A stretch of 64,000 nt of DNA from Phoronis australis (taxonomy: Eukaryota; Animalia; Phoronida): contig NMRA01000272.1 of the NCBI GenBank assembly GCA_002633005.1, positions 499,817 to 563,816 of the forward strand, read 5' to 3'. Below, piece by piece: positions 37,701 to 47,700 of this stretch. The position numbers and the translations under genes are program-made. How positions within the stretch are numbered: position 1 is the stretch's first letter; the number at the start of each line of letters is the position of its first letter. The notes beneath the pieces were generated by a model. It did no database searches, was not told the origin of the DNA, and saw only the letters and a program-made list of their open reading frames with translations.

Positions 37701-40700
37701 TTCCATATCAAAACAACAAAAGTATATACAAATAAAAATAAACAGAAACAAGCCCACCAGTCCAAGAGCTGTCAAATTAAAACACCCACAAACACTTTTT
37801 GACGAGGAGTTACGAGTATTTATTGGTCGATAAATACTACGTAGAATCGGGACAACCAATCACAACTTTTGTCATCCGTCACAACGTTTAGTGTGAAAAG
37901 CCGACAGCGTCAGATTTCGCTGCTCGTTTTCCCGTGGTTAATGATAAAATAAAGAATAGCGAGGAGTTGCGTTTGCGCTGGCTGTGACAAATCAGTATTT
38001 GAGCGCACTGTGACTCTTTGCACTTTCCTGCAGGAATGAGAGAAGTGCGGATATGGCAAAAGTTTGTACAAAAGCCTCGAGCTGACGGTGGGTGAGTTCA
38101 AACGTCACACTCATGCCCGTGCAGCTAAGAAACTTTCAATTAAAACCGACTTTCTTCTATTTTTTCGTTTTTGGATTAGTTCCAAGTTGTGGTTGCAGTA
38201 AAATGGTACTTAATACACTCTGCGACCTCCTTTGACCAACCTTCAGCAATTTTGGGCCATATTTCGCAGCATTTCACTGCCAGAGCGCAACTCACTTAAC
38301 AAAAACTTTAGATTTGTTTTTCCCAATCTGGACATGCGTTAAAGGCAGGTCTCACAAATATTCGTACATTGCACATTCCAACAAAAATGAACTTCACCCT
38401 CTTAAGCATTTCCTTCACAAAAATATACTTTTTGATCTTTACAGGTTCCCAACTCTTTCTCCTTCTCGATCACAAACATGTGATTTGAACAGCGAAATTT
38501 GGTCAACTGTCTTATAAAAACATGCTCGCGTATTGCTGTAACATTCATCTCCATGTCATGTGCGTGCATCACTTATTTCACTAGTTGATAATACTTTTGA
38601 AAGCCAGCTTTGATCACCAGTGTCAACAAAACGCTGCTTAAAAACTCAAGACATGCAATCTTATTTTCAGCCTTTGTTGTACCACACATCCCCAAAGCCG
38701 TATCCAAATAGTATTTTCTTTACTTCTGAAGCCCAACTATTTTCGTTGTTCTTCGCCATCTCGTGCTGAACTTTTTAACTCTGTGTAATAAAGCAGGGTT
38801 CGTTTTCGGTTACCATAGTCATTGTGCGTCTACCAAACTCCTCCCTTGCTGCTGCATTTGACGTATTCTTACCTAGTTAGTATATGCAGTGCTATAAAGG
38901 AATGGTTAATTATGCTAGTAGTGTCAAAACAAGGTAAATGGTGGTTTCAAGCACTTTAGACCTGTACTTTCAAGGTTTAACTCGAAAATTTGAGATTTTG
39001 TTCGAACGCGTAACATGACTTGGTCTAGACACGTATTTGTGTAAACTGTAAATGTGTGATACAAAATAATGGACATTTATCTTGATTTCGCACAAAATAG
39101 AACGGAAAATGTCAAAAAGAGTTTGACTTTGAACTTGGAAATTAGATCCCGGACCACAACACGAACAGCGAAGCATAGTTCGGTTAAATTGTGAAATTAG
39201 ACTAGATTAGAAAAATGCCAAATCATAAAGTACATTATGCTAGAATTAGTATTGGTGCATGACGCATAGTGTCGCCTGCAGCACAGATTGTCGCCGGCAA
39301 TGCAAACTACCGCAGTGACAAATTGGGCGGCAACATTCTGAAACATAGATTTATCTCGGTTATCTGTTTTCCCCTTCTCATGAGCCTAAAACAACAACTA
39401 TAAGGAAATACATAATGGGGTACTTAAAAACAAGGACAAGGATAAACTTGTGTTTGCATAATTTACTATCAAACAAATGAATTATTGTCCTGCAAAAAAG
39501 AATTCTTTTTTGAGCTTGAACTCGGAGACATTCCTCACCTAATCTCGTAGACATATCCACTTCTCGAACCATAAGCCTCGCGTAGGTGTTTGACGCGAAC
39601 ACAGTCTGTGAATTATAAGCACTTTTTCCCGTATAACCATCACAGTTACGTACGTAGACATCAATAGTGACGTCACCGGCCGCCAGTCCTTTGCATATAC
39701 CGTCAACTAAAATAGAAAAAAGGTAGTTCGTTCAATCATTTCCCGTTCATGAGCATGCCATTGATCTCTGAAAAATTGCTTAAACTTAATGCAAATTGAA
39801 AAGTGAACGCAGTCACCCACGGTCTAGGACTTAAAAGGGAACTGTATTTTATTCTGAATAAATTCTAGATAGTTTTCTATGAATTGTTGATCAATTTCAC
39901 AAATAATTCAACACCAAAAATTAAACTTATATTCTCTAACGAAGCTCAAAAAATTACGGGCTTGGAGCGCTGCTTAGTCTCGTAACGTATTTGGCGGGGG
40001 CAAAGTCACTGTCCTGTGTTAGCGTGCAATCAAGTAGCGTTTTTTATATTGTCGGAATAAGAAATTTTAGTGTGAAATTTCGGGTCACAAGGGATACCTG
40101 TTTGAGCCGAGGCAACACAAAGTGATACCCAGCCATCGTCATCGTCAAACGAAAATTTGCCGGTGCAACTGGTGTCAGTGACTGTGCCGAGGGCAATGTG
40201 GACTCTAGCCATCCAGTCAGCCAGCTGTCAGCCAATACTCCGGCAGCTGTGTAAACTTGAAGGGTTGGTAAGTTACCGACTGTAGCTGTATGAAGACTAT
40301 CGTACCACTGTGTGTTGAGCTCCGTTAACCCCGAAATTTCAGACAGCCGTTGACTACCCGGGTATAGTTGACTCAGTTATGCTCGTCACCTCGTCGTAAA
40401 ACTTAGGCTACATCAACATATAAAGCTAACGGACCGGCGGGGGCGCATGCAAAATCTGATATAGTCACCCGACACTTCCATTGTTCGTTGCAGCCGTTTA
40501 AGTGGAAAACAATCAAATAAACGTCCTTTGGTAGCATAATTTGCCGCCTTTTTAACAAAGAAGTGTGTTGTCCGTTTCAAGAACAGCACGCTCGTGACAC
40601 GGCGCACGCGCCATTTCATAAAAATTTGAGACGTCTTTCGGGACATCATAACAGCTTCGCAGCACCAAGGTTGTTCTAAAATTCGGTTTGCTGGTGTAAA

Positions 40701-43700
40701 AATACTAAAAACTTGAAACAAAATGAAACAAGCTCCGATAATTTGTTATAACATGTACGCAACCTAGGTACCGTCAGCGACGAACACATGATAAAAGAAT
40801 CAGGGGGAAAAGAAACTGGTAAAGGTCAGGTGACGTAATCGCAAAAAGCCGACTCAAGAAAACACATCACAATTTTACTAGCACCAGCCGATGAACGATC
40901 GCTAACATTTCCAACACCGGTAAATACAGAAGTTAGTTTACTCTAGGAACCTGTTTCCTAGGTTTACTCAAGGATGACTTAGTTTTAATGACATTTATTT
41001 GAGTCAGATTTTATTTGTACATTTTTTACCCATATCGGCTTAAACCTGTAGGCCTATATCTAGTATACACTGAGCTTTGGGCCAAGGCTTGGGTAACCCG
41101 GCGATGGTATGCGATGACCATCCCTTTAGAAGACGCCTTTTTCGAAGAGTTTGAGCAACCAGGTGCCATACAAAAAGGCATAGCGAACCTTTTACAGCAC
41201 TGTGGCAAACAATAAAAAAAAAAGGACGATTGATACAATGATAAATTACGATGTAAACTCTTCAAATATGACATAAGCAATGAATGTGCAAAGCAGCCGA
41301 TACCCCGCCGTTCACGTCACTGACACATCAGCCAATCAGCGATCGCTTTCAGAATTCAGTGTTTTGACCATGAATACGAATTGGCTTTTGTTTGGCACGC
41401 AAGTCAGGCAAATGTGAGTTTTATTTGTATGTTAGAACCGATTAACTGCAACATTATTTTGACTATAGTCCCCTTTTAAGAGTAAGGCCAAAGCTAATAA
41501 TACGATAGACGTACATTTCCGTATGCCGTAATCATGTATACGTTATACTTCGAGTCAATTATAATGGCAATTTTTAACTGCTAGGCTAGCTGGAAATGTT
41601 GAGGTTTGTACTGTGTGTAAAGGTCACGAATGACATTTACTGAAGTTTTACCCTTTTCTGAACGAACGAAAGAAAGTTGTTTATGGTATTACACATTTTT
41701 ACTCTGTCTAGGTCTCTCACAAACGTATAATTGCACGCTCAGTCATAACAAAACGATGTAAAATGGTTAAAGTCAGTGCTTATCATAGACTACAATATAA
41801 TAATTATTTAACTCTTATTAAGGTATAATTATCGAATTTTTTGTGGTACATGATTTGCAACAGAAAGCGGATGATTATAGCACTGCCTTTGTCCATATGA
41901 TAGCGGAGCGAGCGAAAAACATTCCTCTAACCGCTATCGCTGGGGTATGAATTCTTCATCCCAGTTTTCATAATTTTCTGATAACGAAATCGTTATAGTA
42001 CATCTACACACCTGTATTCATTTATATTGTTTTAACGTGCACGATCTGATTCGCCCGAGACGAAAGTCAGCCAGTAACGTACAATCGGCCGAGTCAGTCA
42101 GAGACTCGTAATTACAATCGCCTGGGTATTATTTCGTGGATCAATAAGTTTTTGTTGTTTAAAATCTGCATCTTTCACGATTCTTATTTACATAGTTTTA
42201 CCGTAAGGAAATCTAAGCATTTGGTACATCTGTAACAATTATAATTTTGCATCCTCTTTTTGGTCTAAAGTGGAATTAATGTATCAAAGGATTACAGTAT
42301 GCCGTATATCGTTAAATGACGGAATGTTGAAAAGTTCATTTTCCACTAGAATTGACTATTGACTATTAGATGAAAGGTATGCCCTCTTAGCCCATTATTT
42401 ACATGGCCTTTTTTGTATGGGTCCCCAGGGGTATGTTTCATGAAAGTGACATTTAAGTCTTAAAAGGCTTTAGACAGAAAAATTGTCTTACGTTCCACAT
42501 AACAATTTCGAAAAAATAATCGAAACTCAATTTAGAAAAGAACACAGTATCTGAGAATATACCCATAATTGTTTCTTACTGAGAAAATTTGTATTAGTTA
42601 TTTCCAGGCAGTGTTATGCTCATAATCACACGACTAAACCTTTATTTGGCAGCTGTGATGCGGGAACGCAAGACCAATTTTCTGTCTTAAGTCTTAAGTC
42701 ATTTTTCAAGAAACAGACCCCAGGGTCAATTGTATGCGTACATGTATAAGGAGGTTACAATATTAAAGTCATAGTTATTTTTCCAGTTGACAATTAGTAA
42801 TTTTGGTAACTTAAACAAGTTTCTGCAATGGACTAGGATGTTTAAATTCAATTTATATAGGTTTACTAGTTTATACATAAATTCATAGTAGTAAAACCTC
42901 GGGGTTACCAGTTACGTGAATCGAATACAAGAGTGTCATCATTTCCTTGACAACAGGGAGAGGGAGAAAGTTCTAGCGTTCGGGTCAAATTTGAGGACTT
43001 CATTATCTCATTGTTCCTTACTGGAAGGGCCGCCAACGTCGAACAAGTTTTAAACCTCCCAATAATGTAGTGTCGCCGTTGGTCACGTGTTGTATTCAAT
43101 CTATCCGTTCTTGTTACGAAAAATCGGGATTAATTTGCATCTCCCATCCAATCGACACCTGTTTATGAACTGCTGTATACGCCATCGACATGTATTTTGG
43201 GAACCCTCCCAACACTGTCGTAAGATTTCCGATGCAGAAACGGAAGTCGAGGTTTGGACTGCACACGGTGACTTATTTTTACTAGTGTGAAAGTTGAGGA
43301 AAGAACTTAGGACCCTTTACCTTCTTCAACTTTGATATAGTTGAGGGCCACGTTATCCTCGTAATGTACGATGTCTATTACATCAGATGCGGGGCACTTT
43401 GTTCCGTTGAACTTAAAGTAAAGAGTTCCACAACACGCTGAAGAACATCCTTTGGCTCCACGAAAATCGGTTAGTAATGTCACATGCAGACCAGATGTAG
43501 ATGATTTTTTCGGATAAACCCTTGTCTGGAAGATATAGTTATATATATTTATATGCGCTAACTGCGAAGCGATACCGAAGTTTACAGTGAAACAACACGT
43601 GTAGTTGAGATAAAAGGTCATATATATTATGACAAACTAAACTACTACAGATATCAGTAATTACAAAAGTTACATAACATGTTGAACTGTAAAGGTGGGT

Positions 43701-44143
43701 GACAATCTGCCTCCAATGAAGGTATACACAAGTGGTGAATAGTAAGCTAAGAAACAATATGCGGAAGCATAACAGCAACACCGGGACAGCGACAGGTGAA
43801 ATTTGAAGATAACAGAGAAAGAAAGAAAATTGGTTTACCAGTATACTCGTTTGCTTGGTGTACACTATTTTTTTTAACCACTGTCTTGGAAACAAGTTTG
43901 TGCCAGATCCAATGCATTCTGAAATTGACACCGTTCTGGAGATTTCCCAAGACTGAGAACCGACCCCAAAACGTTGTTACACCTGAAATATTTAACATTC
44001 GTTGGAGAACTATTTAGCCTGTTCAACACGTACCTGCAGTTTATGTTCTGTTGCGCGGTCGGTCGTCCAGACTTGATTTGTCTTTCCAATATAAAACTGC
44101 CGAATATTGCCCATCAGCTCCTCTGAACAATCGTCCTCTTCGG
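19638..44143 (-). CDS. Multi-exon gene with three tandem CTHRC1-type C-terminal domains and no collagen repeat seen. Exons 5'-3': 44143-44034, 43525-43321, 39706-39539, 36525-36431, 34562-34349, 31287-31129, 30991-30891, 20487-20283, 19774-19638; about 464 aa; 5' exon(s) unresolved
   Basis: Nine exons with canonical splice sites and matching phases splice into one stop-free frame ending at TAA. Each third carries CTHRC1 C-terminal hallmarks: (S/T)(A/G)LxV, YFxFNxxxC, xxG(I/M)C, and a terminal GW...(I/V)xEV-like segment. Confidence 0.88.
20283..20487 (-). CDS. CTHRC1-like domain 3, exon b: EVTYNKLSSRSALKVRWMSTLRVYRRPDATGTHCFWYFTFNNTECSTPGPIRAIIYQSHDHDLHQPAV
   Basis: ttacag acceptor, G|gtaagt donor, phase 0-1; SALKV and WYFTFNxxECSxPxPIxAIIY. 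Confidence 0.93.
21157..24001. mobile_element. Non-autonomous foldback-like DNA element with roughly 160-bp modular TIRs
   Basis: TGATACG...CGTATCA ends; TIRs built of TGTTACATTTTA subrepeats; flanks GTGCTA/GTGCTT resemble a 6-bp TSD. Confidence 0.8.
23374..23490. repeat. Degenerate trinucleotide microsatellite (AAT/AAC/AGT)
   Basis: Directly visible. Confidence 0.7.
24362..25900 (+). mobile_element. 5'-truncated, frameshifted non-LTR retrotransposon (RTE-X-like): RT domain plus C-terminal CCHC motif
   Basis: EQNGFR, FVDIEKAF, GVRQGDILSP, LLHADD, YKYLGC, PILDYGSSVWG and HLETGRY...RLCFCC...EDELHFAFDC across several frames. Confidence 0.88.
26536..27233. repeat. 130-bp direct repeats (26536-26665 and 27104-27233) around a T-rich spacer
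   Basis: Near-identical copies with 2 mismatches seen; offset 568 bp. Confidence 0.9.
28343..28473. repeat. Compound trinucleotide microsatellite (CTA/CTG/GTG)n
   Basis: Directly visible. Confidence 0.85.
29050..30000 (-). mobile_element. Decayed CR1/L2-group LINE, RT domain
   Basis: LLDLDSAFESVPRDLL, GVPKGSALGSLLFLIFNNDLP...FLYTDDTSI and VKHLGVLLD in broken frames; ends approximate. Confidence 0.8.
30891..30991 (-). CDS. CTHRC1-like domain 3, exon a: YVRPDGTSIRVPQFNLAHHYWYALNDDKNDGVIK
   Basis: ttttag acceptor, AAG|gtaagc donor, phase 1-0; WxxLNDDKxDGxIK motif. Confidence 0.87.
31129..31287 (-). CDS. CTHRC1-like domain 2, exon c: IGGICYGIPAGNVKIQLWHQTCSGYSSYRPYQGWNGYSRIIVEEVRLNSKISA
   Basis: tttcag acceptor, T|gtaagt donor, phase 1-1; GWNxxSRIIxEE signature. 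Confidence 0.93.
31758..32366. mobile_element. TTAA-flanked MITE (Kolobok-like)
   Basis: TTAA|AGGGGTTGTAAATC ... GAGTTCCAAGCCTCT|TTAA. Confidence 0.55.
32719..32814. other. Assembly gap (N run) inside a poly-G/C repeat
   Basis: Run of N. Confidence 0.98.
33300..33365 (+). mobile_element. tRNA-derived SINE head or tRNA pseudogene
   Basis: A box TAGTGTAGTGG (33306-33316) and B box GAGTTCGAGTC (33348-33358); no convincing acceptor stem. Confidence 0.55.
34349..34562 (-). CDS. CTHRC1-like domain 2, exon b: VITFPKRISSTGLRVVWRGQLQEHPTSGTHRCGRYYFKFNDVECSNPGKVDAVLGQLDYSDDKGNQLRDAP
   Basis: atttag acceptor, A|gtaaga donor, phase 0-1. Confidence 0.9.
36431..36525 (-). CDS. CTHRC1-like domain 2, exon a: EKTTCSALTSFNVKQAFWRTEAAVSNAGVGFA
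   Basis: ttaatag acceptor, GCA|gtaagt donor, phase 1-0; NVKQxxW motif. Confidence 0.8.
39539..39706 (-). CDS. CTHRC1-like domain 1, exon c: VDGICKGLAAGDVTIDVYVRNCDGYTGKSAYNSQTVFASNTYARLMVREVDMSTRL
   Basis: ttttag acceptor, G|gtgagg donor, phase 1-1; resembles human [22 protein letters not shown] as recalled. Confidence 0.9.
   Translation of the reverse strand: MTVYAKDWRPVTSLLMSTYVTVMVIREKVLIIHRLCSRQTPTRGLWFEKWICLRD
39835..41475 (-). mobile_element. Non-autonomous Kolobok-like DNA transposon with a THAP N-terminal remnant
   Basis: TTAA|AAGGGAACTGTA ... TATAGTCCCCTT|TTAA; MPFCMAPGCSN...YHR at 41181-41100 on the - strand. Confidence 0.7.
42429..42720. mobile_element. PIF/Harbinger-type MITE
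   Basis: CAG|GGGTATGTTTCATGAAA ... TTTCAAGAAACAGACCC|CAG; about 60-bp TIRs and a 3-bp CAG TSD. Confidence 0.8.
43321..43525 (-). CDS. CTHRC1-like domain 1, exon b: TRVYPKKSSTSGLHVTLLTDFRGAKGCSSACCGTLYFKFNGTKCPASDVIDIVHYEDNVALNYIKVEE
   Basis: ttccag acceptor, G|gtaaag donor, phase 0-1; CxxACC and YFKFNGxxC motifs. Confidence 0.9.
44034..44143 (-). CDS. CTHRC1-like domain 1, exon a: xEEDDCSEELMGNIRQFYIGKTNQVWTTDRATEHKLQ
   Basis: ttttcag acceptor, CAG|gtacgt donor, phase 1-0; NIRQF aligns with the N(W/Y)KQC start of the domain. Confidence 0.75.
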
Positions 44144-44726
44144 CTGAAAATAATGAAAAACGCGATAATGGCCGTTGTGAACAAATTTCACAATTGTGCT
44201 TTTAGTCTCGTGTATGGCTTGTGGTTGCTTCTGCTCGTCCCGTAGACGCAAAAATCGCCCAAAGTAAGCTAACGTGATCACGTGCTTCATCACTAACAGT
44301 TAGGTAAGCGTATTACACCGTATCTTGAGTAACATTCAGACAAAAAAGCATGAAACATCTTGTATTTCGGGGATCAAAAACAATGCCAAACGTCCATTTC
44401 TGGTTTTGGTAACTTCATCTGTTACCCTTTGTAGTAAACTGCCCCTTTGCCGAACCCTATTCGAGCAGACGTGCGAAGTGTCGTCCATTTACACAACCTG
44501 TTGTTTAGCAGATCTACTGTTCGTGTAAGTGAACTGACTTGAAGACGAGACGGTCTTGCCACCTTTTTTGCTGGATGCTTTGGTTGTGATTCATGTTTTT
44601 GCCTTTTCACGAGTTTAATGCGTCCACGGAACGCTCAATGCACGCACATTCCAGGTTTTGTTCTACATCCTTTCTCCTCGTCCCCTAATATATACTGTAC
44701 ATGTACATGTATGTGTTTTTAAGTAT

Positions 44727-47700
44727 CAGTCCACGGATCCACCGACCACTGTACAGCCAACAAGCGGCAAGGTGGGGGGTCAGCCATTCAGATCCATGTT
44801 TAGTCTGATAAATCACATTAGGGATGAGAGAAATTGGGTGAAGTATGACACCACAAAGTTTGGTGGTTTAGGAAATACAAGGGAAGTGTTCTCGAGGGCA
44901 AAATGAGGCAATTTCTTGGTGTGGAATGAGTCATTTTTGACCAAATTTTCTACTCCAGTTTCTGCTTCAAACAGAATCGTTTCTGAACAATTTTGATATC
45001 ACATGATAGGTTCATGACCAATGTCAGTAAAAACGGCACCGACACTGCAATATCTGTTACTATGGTAACACTGGAACTGTTTCCGTGGAGGTACATTTCC
45101 TTCTTGTGAAAAACCAGCAGTAAGTTGTACCCTTATAGCGAAGCTGCCCCCGCGAGAAAACTAAAAATAATAACATGGACATGTAGAAGACTCCATGCCC
45201 TTGAAATTAATACAATAAAAACTTTGTCAGCCCTTCAGGCAGGCTTGGTAATAGGTGTCTGAATTTCACTATTTTCAGACCGCGTATGTGTATTTGTCAT
45301 GTTAAACCAGTCACTAGTTGTGCGCCGTTTCTACGCATTAATATGCCGTGGTATAATACAACAATTAAAAGAATTGGTTTGCTTAAATGTTTTTAATTAA
45401 TTTTAAAGACACTAGCATTTCCCACTAAAATATGAAATTATACTAAATTTGTTCATCCAACTCGTCTGAATACCAAACTAAAGCTTACAATGCGTTAGTT
45501 GAATGATGGCTGACCTAAAGTGCGGGTTTGCGAATTTATCTATTTATCTGGCACTGCCAGTCGCATCGAATGTGGTATTTCTACAAATTGCGGAGAGAAA
45601 CAACTTTGGAAACTCTTGGGAAATGCACAAGGTATAGAGCGAGACATTTGAGCACCTTATAAGAGTACGTGGAGCTGATGTGGAGGTGGAACGTGTCCTC
45701 CTCAGAAGTAGTCTGTCTCGTCTCAGTCTCAGTGTCTGCCTCGGAGGCAGGTGTGGAGCAGGAGCTACATAATCTACCTTATTAGATTCACTTGCCCGAA
45801 TCATCGTTACAACACTCGAGATATATTGCTGTCGCCAAAGACACTGAGAACATCCACTGCACACTAGAGGAGAAATCTGATAGAGCCTGATAGAGGTCTG
45901 AAAAATGACCAAAGACGTTAAGTCAAGGTTCAACGTCCTGCTTCGTGTGAGCTCAGGTAGGAATCACTAAACTCCAGGGTCTGACCCTGAGGAATATTTT
46001 TAGAAGCACGTCATTCATGCAAAAATACTTTTATTGTCACACCGTGATTGCTTATAACTTGGGCCTTATTGCTTAATCATATCTTATTCAAATGTGTTGA
46101 TGTTTATGCAACTACATGTATACATTGGCATAGAAAATAGGTAGTCATCATAACTTTTCATAACAACCACCAAATGTGTAACATGACTTCTGCCCATGAA
46201 CTACTTTTAGAGACTAGGGAGTATGTTATGTCTGCCAATGAATTTCTGCGATTATGAAGTTAATTAAACATGCTAAAGCCGTCAAAAATATTGGTGCCTT
46301 CACTTTAGCTTGGTATTCATATTTTCTGAGCCGAAATGGCCACATTAAATTTAATATGTTTAATTTTTTCATTAATACAATTTTAGGAATCAGGAAAGGC
46401 TTATGCTGAAGAAGTGGCTTCTGCTGAAGTTGGAGACTTGCCGATTATTAGTAAAGGTTGGGTATGGAAAAGTTCACAACCAGCAAGAAGGTACCCTTCT
46501 GGACAACTAAGTGAGGGGGCTAGAGAGAGGCCGTAAAGTCTACTCCCAGAAGATATGTCAAAGAGAATTTGTAGCTTGAGGAACGAGTCGGGGGAAAAAG
46601 TATTTGCCAAAGATTACTGGCTTATACCACAACAGGTCCAAAGTAATTTGTTGAGATAGGCCACTCTCAGCAAATGTGGGGAAACTGGGACAGAGGAAGT
46701 GGAGTATGCATTGAAAGAGGCAATCTGCGATTGTCAAGGATGTAGCATTGTAAAAATTCAAAGGGAGGAAACAGTACAGTGGCTGGACCTGTAAATACTC
46801 TGGCTGATCTGCTAAATCCAGTGGGGGCATTATTGTATCAGCACAGCTGTGTAGGGAAGTAGGCTTGTGTGTTGTCGCAGGCTTTGTTTGCACCAGAACT
46901 GCTTGTGTGAACAGCACAAATCTAAAATTTACCTAGTCTAAGACTGAATTTTTCTCCAGGCACGGATCATGATCTTGGGCCACATGGTAATGGTACATTG
47001 TTCATTTTGTTTAGCCACTGGATTTTTTGGTCTGACAGGATTTCTCAGTGTGGCCATCACATTTAGATGATTTCTGACCACTGTACTGTTCCTTTTCCTT
47101 GAAGATGCATAATTGATCTGAATTTATGTTTCCGCATTTTATTTACCATTATAGATTTTTGTTTGTAAATGGGTATATATTACTGAAATTTGAGACCCTG
47201 TTGCAGTTAGGCTGGTTTTGTTAACTTATCTTTCTACCTGGGTTGTAAACCCATATTCTGTCCAGGAGGTAATAAGTTTTGATTTAGACCATTTACCTCT
47301 ATAAAATTTGCTCAGTTTGTTCCTTATCCAGATGGGAAGTGATTTCTGGAATTATAGCGAATTGACAGTTTGCTATTCCTTGAGACCATGCTGTGTGTAT
47401 AAAATCACACACTATTAGTCTGGTCTCTAGCAATTGCATATTGCCAGATCTTTCAAAGTTCTGAAATTGCTCAAAAGTGACCTGGAAGTAATACCTATTT
47501 CGTGATGGTAAAATGTCTAAATCAAAAGTTGTTTTATGTGATTCTAGGCGAGTTTATGTCCACTTCAAATGATTTTTGTTGCAGTACTGAAAAGTATTGG
47601 CACATTAGCTCTGGTGGCTCCTTGTTTTTTTGGCGAATTGACCATTTTATGGTTCCCATGGGTAATTTTGTTAGTGGTCTAGTATGTATGTACAACTGTA

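Noticed and set aside
44144-44700. Search for a signal-peptide or collagen exon directly upstream of exon 44143
   Set aside because: There is an in-frame TAA shortly upstream, and no hydrophobic ATG exon with a phase-1 donor or Gly-X-Y run was found.
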